From assembly GCA_037447605.1 (NCBI GenBank), contig CM074817.1:1984001-2048000 (forward strand): DNA of 64,000 nt, read 5' to 3'. The notes under the pieces were generated by a model. That model made no database searches and was not told the DNA's origin. It saw nothing but the letters and a program-made list of their open reading frames with translations. Shown here in pieces: positions 1 to 12,592 of this stretch. Both the position numbers and the translations under genes were made by a program. Numbering within the stretch: position 1 is the first letter of the stretch; the number at the start of each line of letters is the position of its first letter. The DNA comes from Zygnema circumcarinatum SAG 698-1b. Its lineage: Eukaryota > Plantae > Zygnematophyceae.

Positions 1-149
1 GAAATTTGTGTTCCTCAAAAGTTCAAACTCGTCCCAGACATACTTTCCAGGAAGATATACATACCACCCCTTTGCAAATCGTATCCTCTAAAGCGTGCTC
101 TTGAGAGAGATGCGAGCAAAAGAAGTCCGTTGCTTATCCGAGAAGCCAT
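1..149 (-). CDS. Putative first exon of a gene running off the left edge (MASRISNGLLLLASLSRARFRGYDLQRG), resembling a mitochondrial presequence
   Basis: ATG at 149 on the minus strand, an Arg/Ser/Leu-rich peptide, then a G|gtatg donor near 65. Divergent from the gene at 560. The remainder lies outside the window. Confidence 0.4.
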
Positions 150-559
150 TTCAAGCAGGTTTGTTGACGATGCCGACCATTCAGCTCACACCGCTGCTTC
201 AGCTGCACTCGTCCGAAACCCTAAAAAACGCTGAAGGGAGGTCAAACCCTAAAATTGTCAATCCCTGCATCCCCTTAGTGAAGGCTTCTCCCCAAAGAAG
301 GCCCGCGTCTCTCAGGGTGGACAGAGAAGCTGTTTAGAACTCCTCATTGCGCGACACGTGGCACTACTTTATCGAAGGAGAATCCTGGAAAGCAGGAGCA
401 CTTCACCGCCCGTGGGAGCTGCAGGCGCATGAACCTGTCATGTCTTTCTGAATCCATACATATACAGCAATACGCACAAACATCATTCTTCGTCCTCTTC
501 TTCTTCTTCTATCGGAATTTGGAATTGCCGTGTTAGGATAGTTACTCTCTTCTCGGACG

Positions 560-1959
560 ATGGGCGCTGGAAAGATGCAGGGCAGGGACTCGTTCAAGCT
601 TCCTGTGATTGTGTCTCCTGAATGGGGAAAGCTCGGGCCTGGCTGGGGATATGGCGTCGGCTGTGGAATGGGAGTAGGAGTAGGGATCATAGGCGGTGAG
701 GCATTGAATTCTCCCGTTGCGTTTTGTCTTGCTTTAGTAGGAAAACTTCTTCGGCCTTCTGTCGTGTTCTTTTTATGTCTTTCGGCTTTTAAAGCTTTTA
801 AATAAGTCGTTCTTTACTTTTGGAGTTCTCACCAAGCTGCAAGGAGCAGAATGCTGGCTGTGGTTGACCAGCAGTCGCCCTTCTACTCCTTAGAGGCGAC
901 CGAAGGTTTGGAGTGACAGAAAATATTGAAAAACATGAGGTCTTCATCTTATTGCAGGGACGGTAAAGTCTTGCAGTCTGCAAGGGAGTCATTCTTGAAT
1001 CCGTGGCCTTACAAGAGAGAAGTTTTTTGGTTCGATAGACTGTTTGGAACACTTACATTGTGTGCGAAAACTTACATTGTTTCTTGGTAAAGGAGAGGTA
1101 ACTTGGTTATTCGGGTAATAATTCTTTCTCTGTTTAATACTGACTCGCATTGTGTTGAACCGGAAGTGCTTCTGAAAAAAGAACTGTAGATGGGGGTAAG
1201 GGAAACAGTATAAGGAATACTTCTAGAGAATCCTATCTGATGTACGTTTGTGACCTCTCTTGAAATGTCGTTACCTTATGATGACAGTAGTACTTCATGG
1301 AGAAACGCAGTACCAGCTGCCATATCCCCCCTACTCAGTTACCAGCTGTCATACAGCTTCGCAATTTCAGGCTTTCGCGAGTCTTTCGCATCAGCATCTC
1401 TAGGGACTACATTGCTTGAGAGAGCTGAGATTACGCGTTATTTATCCACAGGTTTTTTTCTTAATTTTTGTAATGGCATGTCTTGTTTGGACCATTTCAG
1501 GTGCAGGCTTTGGCTGGGGACTTCCGGGCTTCCAGGCGGGGATTGGCCTTGGAGCAGGCTGCGGAATTGGGATCGGATATGGCTACGGAGCAGGCAAGGG
1601 CCGTGGCTACGACCGGCTGGGCAGCTACTCCAATGTGGGAGGTGGAGGGACCCGTGTGAGACGGAAAGTATACAACTCGAGGGTAGAGGGAAGCCCTCTG
1701 TAAGCTTAGCCATTCTTTAGCCTAAAAGGCTTCAGCTGTTTTGGCGATGCTGTGTTGCACTTCACATCACAATTGATAAGCTGCAGTATTGACCTTCTTT
1801 GAACGATGAATGGGTCTTCGTGAGACTTAGGCTACATTGAATTCCCTAATTTTTGTGATGTTCATTTTGTGCAGCGCGGACACAGAGTTAGGACGTATGG
1901 TTGCAGATCTCTTCGAGGAGGCCGTTCACGTTGTCGCAGGGCTGGGCCGAAGAAATTAG
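560..1959 (+). CDS. Small glycine-rich membrane protein (At4g10330-like family), 3 exons
   Basis: Exons 560-695, 1501-1699 and 1875-1959 join in phase: KLPVIVSPEWGKLGPGWGYGVGCGMGVGVGIIG / GAGFGWGLPGFQAGIGLGAGCGIGIGYGYG / ADTELGRMVADLFEEA. This matches the recalled KLP...GKLGP.FG.G.GCG family pattern. Confidence 0.75.
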
Positions 1960-2378
1960 TGACTTCAACATTCTAACTTTGAAGTAAATATGCAATAGAC
2001 TTGCTTTGAAAGGGGTTTCCGGGTTCAAGAAAGCTAGTGGCTCATCCAGACAGTGCACTGTACAGCAAGGAAGATTGCATGTGTATCATCAGTTTGGCCT
2101 GCCCCTGGAGGCGGTCCGTGCAGAGATGGTAATTAGGCGCATTCGTTCGATTTGTTCTTATCTCCATTGGAAACCTGGAAACTCCCTTTTTTTTTTAATT
2201 GCTGAATTTTATTCAAGAATCATGCGCTACAGTTCTCGCCCTTTTGATACTCTTTCCCCCTGTCCTCACCAAAGACCCCATACGACCTGCTCCCTATGCC
2301 TGTAAAACGCACCTTTCTATCACCAACTTTCCCTCACATTGTGACGGAGGTAATCAAGCTTCGCTGTGTTCCTGCATC

Positions 2379-5300
2379 CTAACCTTCATCCATGGGATCC
2401 ACCTTCGCTGCATCCATGTCCTCCTGAGATCCATTATTGCCAGGTCTGGTCAGACCTTCAAAGGCTGCATCGTTGGCACTGCCGCCTGCAGGCGGTTGGC
2501 CTCTTGATTCTTCGATAGGGCCACGCTCTCCACTGCCTGCACTCCGAACCCCTCGACTTTCCAGCCCATCGTCAGCTGCTTCTCGCCCCTGATCACGGTG
2601 GTCCCCAATAGAAACATTTGCTGTATGGACAAAGGTGTTCCTTTGTGACTCGTCTTCAGCACCATCATGGGTCCCCTTCCATCCTTCGACATTGGGCTTT
2701 TGGACATGACTTCCATTTTGAAGAATCATGTCTGATTCAGTATGCACTCCAGTTCGTTCTTGTACATCGTCAGCTTTGACTGCATGCCCGTGAGAGCTTT
2801 CCAGGGCATTTCCCGAAGGGTTGTGCCCATCATGGATTTCTCGAATGGGAATTGCCTGAATATTGGAGAACTGAGGATGCGACTCCATGTCTACATCAAG
2901 GGGAAACTGCTCCACCACTATCCGTGGCTGAGGCCCAATGTCGGCTGTTGTCACTGGTGGCATAGTCTCATGTGGTAAATCTGGTTGATTTCCAGCATGA
3001 TGGGCTGTCCTTGACGGTGAAAGTGCACCTGGAGAACTTGAGTTTAACCGAGATGGAGACAGATAGGCTTCCTCATGAGTTGGAGAGTCGTTTGCAGCTT
3101 TTGGAAAATCTGCTGGTTGACGGCCATCGGAAGGTCCTTCTGTGACGCCAACCATGTCGGCAAGAGCAGCATGATGCACCTTGGCAACATCAGGAACTAC
3201 AGAACCTGACGAACGTGCAGAACCCTGAACATCAGTATGCATTGGTCCTGCTTCAGAGTTTTGAGAAAAGGTGTTGGGAGCTGTGTCGGTATGAACGACA
3301 TGATTCAACATAGCTGATTCAACGCCATGAGTTTGCCCCCCGGACCGCCGAGCTGGACGAGAAAGGTGTTGGAGCTGCTCCTGAGGTAGAGGAAGCCTTG
3401 GACATGGGGCTTTGGAAGGAGGAATCGTTGAGGTCACCAGGAGAAGCTGCCATCCAGGAATAAAAAAAAACGCTCATTTGAAACCTTAAACAGGGGAGGC
3501 AGCTTTTCACCAGTCAGGCTTCAACTTCAACAAAAGCAACAAAAAAGCAAAAGCAAAAGCGTGTCTTAAGCTGTTGATTGTAATAATATGTAAGGATCCA
3601 TCAGTGAGGGATACTAACGAGCAAAAAGGTGATCACACATCGCACTTTGACGCAGTTTGCCCAGTGTCAGGAAAGGTGAATGATAGGGAATGACAGGAAT
3701 TCGGCACATTTGAGGTAATGAACTCATACCTTTTCAAAAGCAAGGGCCAGTTTGTCAATGGTTGGATATGTAGCCTCCGGACATAGGAGCAACTGTACTT
3801 GCAGGCCTCCCGCTTCCCCTGGTGAATACTTGTGAGATCTTGGAGCAAAGCCTTATCTATGCTGAAGTTGAGCAGAACACAAAGAATGGGAATGCAAGAA
3901 GCCAACAAATACACAAAGATACTGCGGGAAGAATCTCAGGATATTCCGGTTCGACCTCACACAGCCGTTGAAATGTGAAAGGAGCACCATCTACGAAGGC
4001 ATCCAGTGCTGCACATAAAATAAATCATTTTGTGCAACGAAATCAGGAGTCGCCCGGGCGAAATTCATGAAGGGCATCCAAAAGAGCAAGTACACAGATC
4101 TGGCTTGTAGACTAAGCAAATAATTCTATTTGAAACAACTTAGTGCAACATCCAGTGTCTAAAAGTCAGGGCATTCTGAAAGAAAAAGATAAAGACCATG
4201 AGCTTGAAAATCAGTGACGCTCCATCTTAACCACACAACACAAAGTCTGCTACAGGTCCAAGAACATTTTCAATACCAGTGTGCGCGGATGTCTCAAGAA
4301 CGCTCATCAAGCATTGGGAATAGTTCATCACGGGCATTTGAGCAAACAAGTTGCCGCCATTTACTACTAGACATAGGAGACTTGCCAAAAAGGATGAGCC
4401 GTAGGACAACCTTGTTGCAATCGTTCAATAAGCTCTTCAAAGCTTTCTCCTGTCTTCAGAGGCCGCGGTGGTCCGACTTCAATTGCTAGCCTCGCCACAT
4501 TATACTCAGCAAAGACCTGCAAAACTAAATACAGAGATCAGGCAATGTCTCGCCTTACAATACAGTCATTCGCTCCAAAACAAGACAATGATTTACATGG
4601 CAGATTGCCTTCGAGAGGGATACTACTGAAAAATGACTGCAACGAACTGCAAAGCTCATGAAGCTGTTCATTCTCCAACAAGAGGAGGACCTTTCCAGCG
4701 ATCTAGAGATGAATGGCAAAACACCACCTGGATGGTTCAACATGCCGCAATAACAAGGCATAATCTCGATATGCGTTCAAATTTATTTAATCCACTAACC
4801 GTTAGGAGGGCTAAAGTGCAGCAGAACTTCAGGCATATTTGCTGACAGGAGCATCCTGACCAAAGACTTAAAACAATAGGGTGTAGGGCAGGTACAAGGT
4901 CCTTGACATTAAGCTCATTAGTCATTCGGTAAATGATTTTCACAATACTATCAGCTATCTCACCAGCTCCAAATCTCCTTTATTGGGCTGCACATACGCT
5001 TGGTTACACTTCATTTAACTTCCAAATACTTGAGAGTCATCCAGTGAAAGCCTGTAGAGAATTTAATTTCAATGAACTATTTCTGGAAACCACAGCACAC
5101 ATGCATTCACGCAACTGATCTTCCGAACTAAAAAACCCAAGGTAAATGTTTAGGGTGATAAATCAGTACGAGAGAAAACGTCAGATCGACTGACAATGCA
5201 ACTCACCTGATGCAAACGAAAAGCCAGCAGCATCTTGAGCTGTCGCCAACTGTGCCTGCAGACGCAACAGAAATCAGATTATCATCAATGGATTGCAAAA

Positions 5301-5844
5301 CACTGTCCGGAACTGCGAATGAGGAAAACGCCCTATTCTTGCTGCTAAGTTCAAGAAATTCCTGTTTGAAAACGTCCAACGCCGGCACAGGCACGAACTA
5401 CACAAAACTTACCAATAGCTCCCCGTAACCGCAGTTACTTCTAAGATGCTTCTCAATTCAGGAGTGAATTGCCTTGATTGAGGTCCCTGACTGCACGCAG
5501 AACAAGTCAAGCGAGATTGAGGTTCAGCAAAGCCGGAACACAAGGTGTAGTGAAATTCCAACTAGCAGTGTGTCGTCGGAAAACAACACTTATCCCAAAG
5601 AATAAGCAAAATAACCAGAAATTGAAAACCGAACCTGGATCTGTAGATATTGCAATAAGAGGTCTCCATAGCAAACACATAACCTAATCCACCTTTCTGT
5701 CAACATTCGCAGAAGTCAGCCTGTGGCCAATAAACAGGAAAACAGAGAGTATGTTCGCCGACTGTCAATCTGACCTCCACAGCGTTACCTGCAAAAGTAA
5801 GACAATGCTTCCGCTCCTGGCAGGCTGGCCGAGTGGTCCTCCAT
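2379..5844 (-). CDS. PP4R2: Protein phosphatase 4 regulatory subunit 2
   Basis: The spliced minus-strand exons read ...LRSILEVTAVTGSYW/HSWRQLKMLLAFRLHQ/VFAEY...GESFEELIERLQQ/ALDAFVDGAPFTFQRLCE/LLLCPEATYPTIDKLALAFEK/LLLVTST, the diagnostic PPP4R2 core, followed by a long disordered last exon (ORF 2379-3437). Confidence 0.9.
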
Positions 5845-6974
5845 GCCATCCCTGTGTGTACTGAAGCTCCTCATTTTGACAATGATTGCAGCGGCACCAA
5901 AGGCAGCAATGGAGAGGCCGAGAGGCAGAGCGAGTGGAGAAAGGTAACCAGAAACCTTCATTCCCGCGCACAGCCAGCCATGTCCTGGTGCTTGCTGCCT
6001 GCTCCTGATCCCAGCCCCCCCCTAACCCTGACCCTAGTCCGGTCAGGCAAAGCTAATCAATGGCTTTCCTCCAAGCCTCCTCCCTCGCTCGCTCTGGGAA
6101 TCATCCAAATGCTTTTCGTGTATAAATAAAAGGTCCTCCCTCCCTCATGAGATTGCTCTCCCCCTCATGAGATTGTGGCTTGACAACAGGGAGTCCTTGT
6201 TTTGGTTCTTGTTAGGGATGGATGGCATGAAAATTGCTTTGGCTAGATCCTAGAGCAGTGGCCATTTGTCAAGGTGAGAATGCAGCCATGTTTGCTCTTA
6301 GCACTTGTGCAAGCGTTGGCATTGCTTGGTGCAATGGAAGAGTTGCTCAATCGCTGTGTGGCATGAACCAGCCAACAACAACAAGTTGTTGCTAGACAAG
6401 TTCATGGTCGCGATAACCATGTTCGTGCACAGCCCAACCTAAAAACCCTAAAAACCCAACGCGTAGAACGCACTTGCCACAACGAGCCTCGACCTTTGAA
6501 ATTTTTTTGCATAGAGCAGTCCAAATTTTGAAACCGGACGGCTAGCCCATAAAACGACAAGGCGCTATATGCTCACAGTAACTGTTTTACAGTTCCAGTG
6601 ACGTAACAAGATCTATGTACGGTCCGTACATATACGGCCCAGTATTCCGTACGGTGCAGTATTTGAGGCAGTGTCCGTACAGCGCCTGCCTGCTTTTAGG
6701 GTTTGCGGGGGAACCTGGGTGAGCAGAAGCGGAGAGGGACTTTCCGCGCTCGTCGCCTCCATGAACTGACCCGCCAACAGGGCCTTGCGGGGGCATTTAG
6801 GAGAGAGAGAGAGAGAGAGAGGGTTTGAGGAGCACTGGAATGCTAACTGTAGGAGAACGTTCAGGCATCTGAATGCTGACAAAGAGCCTTGGGAAAGCGC
6901 TAGGAGTTTGCCGCAGCTTGAGTGCTGTTGGGCGTACCGTTTCTGGAAGGACGTGTCTGTAGCTCCTGTATAAG

Positions 6975-9900
6975 ATGATGGATCCGCGCTATGGAGAGGA
7001 TGTGATTAGTGGATCGAACCCTGCAACGCAACTACGGGATACTGTGAATCGGAAGATCCAGGTAGGAGGATCAGAAAGTAGCAAATCCTTTTATTGTATC
7101 GTCTTCACAAGCCAGTCTGTTAGATAAAGGGCTATCAACTTCTTAACCGTACTTTCATGCAAGCTCATGTGCTTCTCTGACTTTGGCTCCTGTTTGTTTA
7201 ACTTCCTTACTCCTGCTTTCTTGCCTCCCTGCTCTTTCGCCTGCCTCTGCCGTTACTCTCGTCTGCTCCTGTACCTTTTCCCGCTTCTCCTCCTTACTTT
7301 TGGATCTGCTCATAATCCTCCTGTCTGCGCTGTAGTTCATTTGCTGAATGCTTGCTTTTGCTGCTCACCGCAATTTGAATGCCAATAGCCCACCGTTTGC
7401 CGCGGTTCGTTTCGCATTTTCTCACTTCTGGATGCTTCGTCTCCTCTCCTTGTTAATTGCTGCTTGATGCTTGCCAAAAGCATCTCTTTCCTTGAAATAT
7501 AGTTTGCCGATGCAAGTAAAGCAATAACACGCAGAATTTGATAAAGAGTCAGCGAAAGTAGTCATCACTTCTTATCTGGTATGTTTGTGAGGATCATAAA
7601 CGAATAGGAAGGAATTCCTATCTACATTAAGTACTAAGCAAATGCACTTACTATGAACTATTCTCCACGGCAAGCAGTAACTACGTTTATTAGGGACTTT
7701 CAGGGGTTTTTAAGGCAGTCATTGCGCGAGCAGTGGACCCAGGCACCTCATTGCTGCTATGCACTGTATATGGATGCGGTCTCATAACTCCTGTACTGCA
7801 GTAACTGGCATATTTCTGCCTGCTTGATTATGTCAGTAAGTGGAGTTTGTTGGGTAATCAGCAGAGCACAGGACTACGGATCAGTTTGTTCATACATTGC
7901 TTTAGAGCGGCTCTTTTGATTAACTCATCATGCTTGGACATTGGGCATTCTAATTTTGCAGTACTGGCTGGATAAGTCAACGCCCCATCCGACGTACAGA
8001 TGGATCGGTTCTTTGGTGATTGCCCTCATCTATGCGTTGCGGGTCTATTTCGTTCAAGGGTTCTACATTGTGACGTATGGCTTGGGCATCTTTCTCCTCA
8101 ATCTGCTTATCGGTTTTCTTTCTCCTCAAGTGGATCCGGAGTTGGAGGGGCCTTCTTTGCCCCAGAAAGGCAGCGATGAGTTCAAGCCCTTCATCAGACG
8201 TCTGCCAGAGTTTAAGTTCTGGTGAGTCAAATACGCTAAGGTTTGTCAGAGAGAAATTTCTGTAAGCTGAGTTGCAATGAACTAGCACGTAATGCATTGG
8301 AAATACTCCTTTGTACCTCGGTAAACCATCTCTCTTTTTTCTTTCGTTGTCCTATCCATCAGCAGACATGCAAATTGAGCTGCACTGGAGTGAATCCTAT
8401 GTGGCTATCGAACTGAAATTAGAATTTTTACAGAATGGAAGCATTAGGTCCAAAAGGGTAAGTTTCTATGACCACATGTCTACGTGTCTTGATGTATTTT
8501 CTGGAGGTGGGTTTTAGGTACGCGTTGACAAAAGCGGTGGCGGTGGCTTTTGTTCTCACCTTCTTTCCTTTCTTCGACGTCCCAGTTTTCTGGCCCATCC
8601 TGTTAGTTTATTGGTTTACACTCTTTGTTCTTACAATGAAGCGCCAAATACGGCATATGATCAAGTACAAGTACATCCCCTTCTCCTTTGGAAAGCAGGT
8701 GAATGTCCATCAAACCCTGAACTTCACGTCCTCAAACTTGTGTATTTTGGCTCGTGGGCCATTTTCTTGTTTTCCTACATAAGGGATAGGTTCTTATGTT
8801 CATGCAGCCTGACCATACTTCTGAATTGTCGTCTAGATTGATGAAGCACTGTTTCTTTAACCTTTTGGAATTTACACTTGGCTATAGTAGGGAGTCGTGA
8901 TTCAATGAAGTGCCTTTTTTCTGGATTGCTGCACGGTCACACATGGTAATTGCATATCGAATCATTTGTGATGCCATAGAGAGGTAAACTTGAACTGGTG
9001 CAACTATTAGGGAGAACATAAGGTTTCTACCTGTTACGAACTAAGGTTTTGCGGGTTTTCACGAGTAGACGATTCGTGCTAGTCAAGGCATTTGGGTGCA
9101 ATTCACCCCATAATAGGATTCTGGTTTGTGCCAGTTTCCACCTAAGCGGATTCAGCTTAATCCTTAGTTCCCATCGCTACTGGGCGTATAGTTTTCTTTC
9201 TGACCTTTCCCTATTTTAGTTACAGTAATTCTATTACACTTCGATATTTAATGAATAGACTTGACGCAAGGGATAGTAAGCACTAGATTAGTAACACATG
9301 AAATTACGGAGGCTACTTACAGAGTGATGGCACTAAATGCTTAATAGAGCCCCTCGTCAATCATGCAATGATTTATATTGCCTTCATATGTAGCATTCCT
9401 CTTATGTTTTAAATTCAAATGAGCTCGCTCTCATTCAAAATATGTGAGATTCTCTCTGCTTCCCCAAATTTTGGGGTCCAGGTTCCACGCTTCCGCTCCT
9501 TAGACGTACAGAAACAGCTACTTAGCGGATATAATGGACCCGGATTGAGAGTGGCAAAAAACAGGAAAGGAGACTCCACAGCGAGCCCTTCGAAATCATT
9601 TTATGGCGTGCCTCTGCAACTTTTATCAAATATGAACCTTCATGGACAGGAGTTAGGGGAGGAGAGGAGAAGAGGAAGGGCAAAAATGGAGTTGCCCAGA
9701 TTTATTCAACTTATGCTTTCGTTAACAAAGCAGCTAAGTTCACGCCAGAACAAATACGTTAGGATGGGCACTTGTTTCACATGTAATTTAGGTTCAGCAG
9801 TTAAGTGGTGGGATTATCAAGGACGGAAAGGCAAGGAAAATGGAATTAGTGGCAGGTTCTTTGTAAAAGAGGAAAGGCTGTCGCCGTTTATATACGCCTG

Positions 9901-10827
9901 TTCATAGCTTTAGAAAGAACATGAAGGTTGGAGAAAAGCTCTGTAAAGTACTGCGCGGTGCCCTTAAGTGTGGCCATGTAATTCCTCTTTACAATGCAGT
10001 CTTGTAGCATCCCGTTGACTTACTTGAACGTGAATACGAGCTGTAATGAACTTCAGGAAAATGTAAATTACAGCTAGGTTGATTACTTACGCTTATACAG
10101 CTGAGTAAATGTCAAATCTTACTTGGAAAGATTCAGTTGATATCGATTTGCTCGTCGACCACTAGTCAGTGTGCTGATTGCGTAACATGTCACATTTTTG
10201 TGCTCGTGCTTGGCTTGGGTTTTGTGTATTTTCTTGAAACATTTTGATGACTTTGCGTCTACGCAGACCCTTTTTGTCTCTCTGATTTTGATCTGTGCGA
10301 CCACCTGATCACAGCTTCTTTGATTAGCTTCTGCGTTAGTCGGAGTTTTGGAAGAGAAAGATGAACATATTCTTTTCCGCGCCAGTCACATTCAGACATG
10401 GATTAGGCATTCATGGACTTACTTTTTTTGTGTTATCTGTTTGAAAGTCCCGAAATTCCTCATTAGCTGCATTGCTCATCTCATAGAGTATTTTTTCTAG
10501 GAAATTGTCGCCTGCTATTCTTCAATTGGCAGATAATCTCTTGTTTTGTTTTTTCCTCCTGCCTTGCTGGAAGTTGGGGTACCTGGATTTGAGTCATGTC
10601 TCTGCAGTTCACAACTGTTATCCTTAGTTGCAGGTTACATACATAGTAGCTTACCCTACTACTGATGGTGGGAGTGGAAGTTGCATCTTGAAGGGAGAGG
10701 ATGGCGAGGAATCCAATGCCAATGTCGCTCAATGTCATCGTGTGTTGGGTTGGGCTTCTTGCAGAAGTATAAGGGAAAGAAGGCGGTGCCTTCGGGAGAT
10801 GGAAAAGCAAGTTCGTCTAAAGACTAG
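6975..10827 (+). CDS. RER1: RER1 ER-retrieval receptor, 4 exons
   Basis: Exons 6975-7061, ~7962-8222, ~8519-8698 and 10765-10827 encode YWLDKSTPH...[26 protein letters not shown]...[19 protein letters not shown] and KYKGKK, hallmark Rer1 motifs. Confidence 0.95.
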
Positions 10828-11710
10828 CGGAACACTAGCGGGTAGTCCATTATTTGCTCACAGCCGGAGGATGGCGGGCGGGGGTGGGGGGAGGGGGAGA
10901 GGGGCCCTTTTGCTGAGGATGGAACTTCGGTGGTAGGTTCTGTAAAGCCCTTTGACTGTAGGACCAGTTTGTGACCCATTAGACCACGAAGAGGCGTTGT
11001 TTCAATTGTTGGATTTGCGGATTTCTCTGGGGTAGTGAAAAAAGCTTTCTTTTGTAATTGTAGGTAGAGAGCCCTTCTTCACATATGTGGCAAGTCACCC
11101 CTTGCAGATGACTGAGCTGCGTGTGGCACGTCTCTCCCTTTATGTCCGCCTTGTTGCGTGTGGCCTTCCTTTTAGATGGTCCTTTCAAGGACGTTTTTGG
11201 GAAAATATTTTCCGAGCTATGGTGCTTCCGAGCAGTTGGAAACTTTCTTTGCTCAAATAATGCGACGTCTCAACCTTGCAAATTGCGTTGGAAACATGCC
11301 GGGTGGATCTGGAGTGGGGGGGAGAGAGGGGAGGGAGTGAGAGAGGGGGAGGGAGTTGAGAGGGAGAGGTTGGGAGGAGAGGAGAGGGAGAGGGGGGGGA
11401 GAGGAGAGGGAGTGGGGGGGGAGGAGAGGGAGAGGGAGAGGGAGAGGGGGAGAGAAGAGATTGAGGGTGGGGAGGTACGGGCGGCCGGAAACGTCAATGC
11501 CTGCAACGTAAACGGTGGTAGTTATTTTCAAAGTGGAAAAACTTGCAAGATTGAGATGCCGTGATTTGAAATTTCTAGCTTGCAAATGCGGTTTAGTTGC
11601 TGTGTACCGCATGAATTCTTGGGACACTCCTCTTTCTTCCTTAAAAAAAAAAACCCATCTAAATTTGTAAAGGTGTGCTTTATGGAGAGCAGAGGATGTA
11701 TGTCAATTCT

Positions 11711-11772
11711 TTGGTCCCTTTGAATGTTAAATCCGAGTCCCATGCATTGGATTTAACATTCCAAGGGACCAA
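11711..11772. repeat. 62-nt inverted repeat (26-bp arms, 10-nt loop)
   Basis: ttggtccctttgaatgttaaatccga versus the reverse complement of ttggatttaacattccaagggaccaa; 24 of 26 positions match. Confidence 0.85.
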
Positions 11773-12078
11773 GGTAATGAATGGACCGGACACTCAAATT
11801 TGACTCAAACTCTGTACGAATTGGAGTACTTTCTAACTGTTTAGGGTTTTTTAGGGTTTTAGACTTTCCCGTCTGCCCATCCGTTGTTGGTCCATTGACA
11901 GTTGGAAATGTGCACTGAGTATACAGCATAACTGTTTGAGAAGATTGAGAAGATGTCAACTAGCCATAAGTTAATTCCTATCTTAGTCCTTTGTTTAGGT
12001 GTCTCCAGAACATACAAAACCCCATTTTCCATGAATGTCTGTATTAGGGGCTAATAAAAATGCTAAAAAACTCCTCGG

Positions 12079-12114
12079 TTTTTAGGGTTTTTAGGGTTTT
12101 TAGGGTTTTAAGGG
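12079..12114 (+). repeat. Telomere-like (TTTTTAGGG)x3 plus one variant unit
   Basis: Read directly from the sequence. Confidence 0.8.
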
Positions 12115-12119
12115 CAGAT

Positions 12120-12450
12120 CTGCCACGTTTCGCTGAACCTCGAACGGATCTGGTGTCATAGTCATGGCTTGTCACGTTAACAACATTCTTTCTCCTTGTA
12201 GCAAACCACTGTCCCGTGTGCAGTCGCCCAAACACGACAAAAATCAAGGGCCACGTCGCCGCCTCCTCGAGTCCATGCACTTGAAATCAACCCAACAAAA
12301 CATGCAACGCCAATGTTCCCATGCACAATGTCATGGGCACATGGACATGCACATAAATTCTCTAGGCCTCGATTCGCTGCCACGTCACATGCATGCAGGA
12401 AGCCACCGCCACGTAGGCATATTTCTGCAAATCAAGATGCGCCACGTGGC
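12120..12450 (+). promoter_or_regulatory. RY (CATGCA) plus ABRE/G-box cluster upstream of bicupin A
   Basis: CATGCA at 12274, 12301, 12320, 12346, 12388 and 12392. GCCACGT at about 12122, 12250, 12379, 12408 and 12440. Function is inferred. Confidence 0.6.
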
Positions 12451-12592
12451 AGACAACATGGCCGGAGTTAAGCCGCGGAAACCTGCCGTTCCGCAGAACA
12501 GAATGGCGCCATCCCTCCAAAAATAGTGTACTGCAGAGCGGCCGACGGCAAAGTGGGGGAGGGAGGGAGGGAGGGAGGGAGGGAAAGCGACG

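Noticed and set aside
4555-5120. Short ORFs inside PP4R2
   Set aside because: The conserved core splices HQ|VFAEY directly across this region.
9419-9907. 162-aa ORF within RER1
   Set aside because: It starts at a non-ATG codon, has no recognisable motifs and lies in the 2-kb intron before the true KYKGKK terminal exon.
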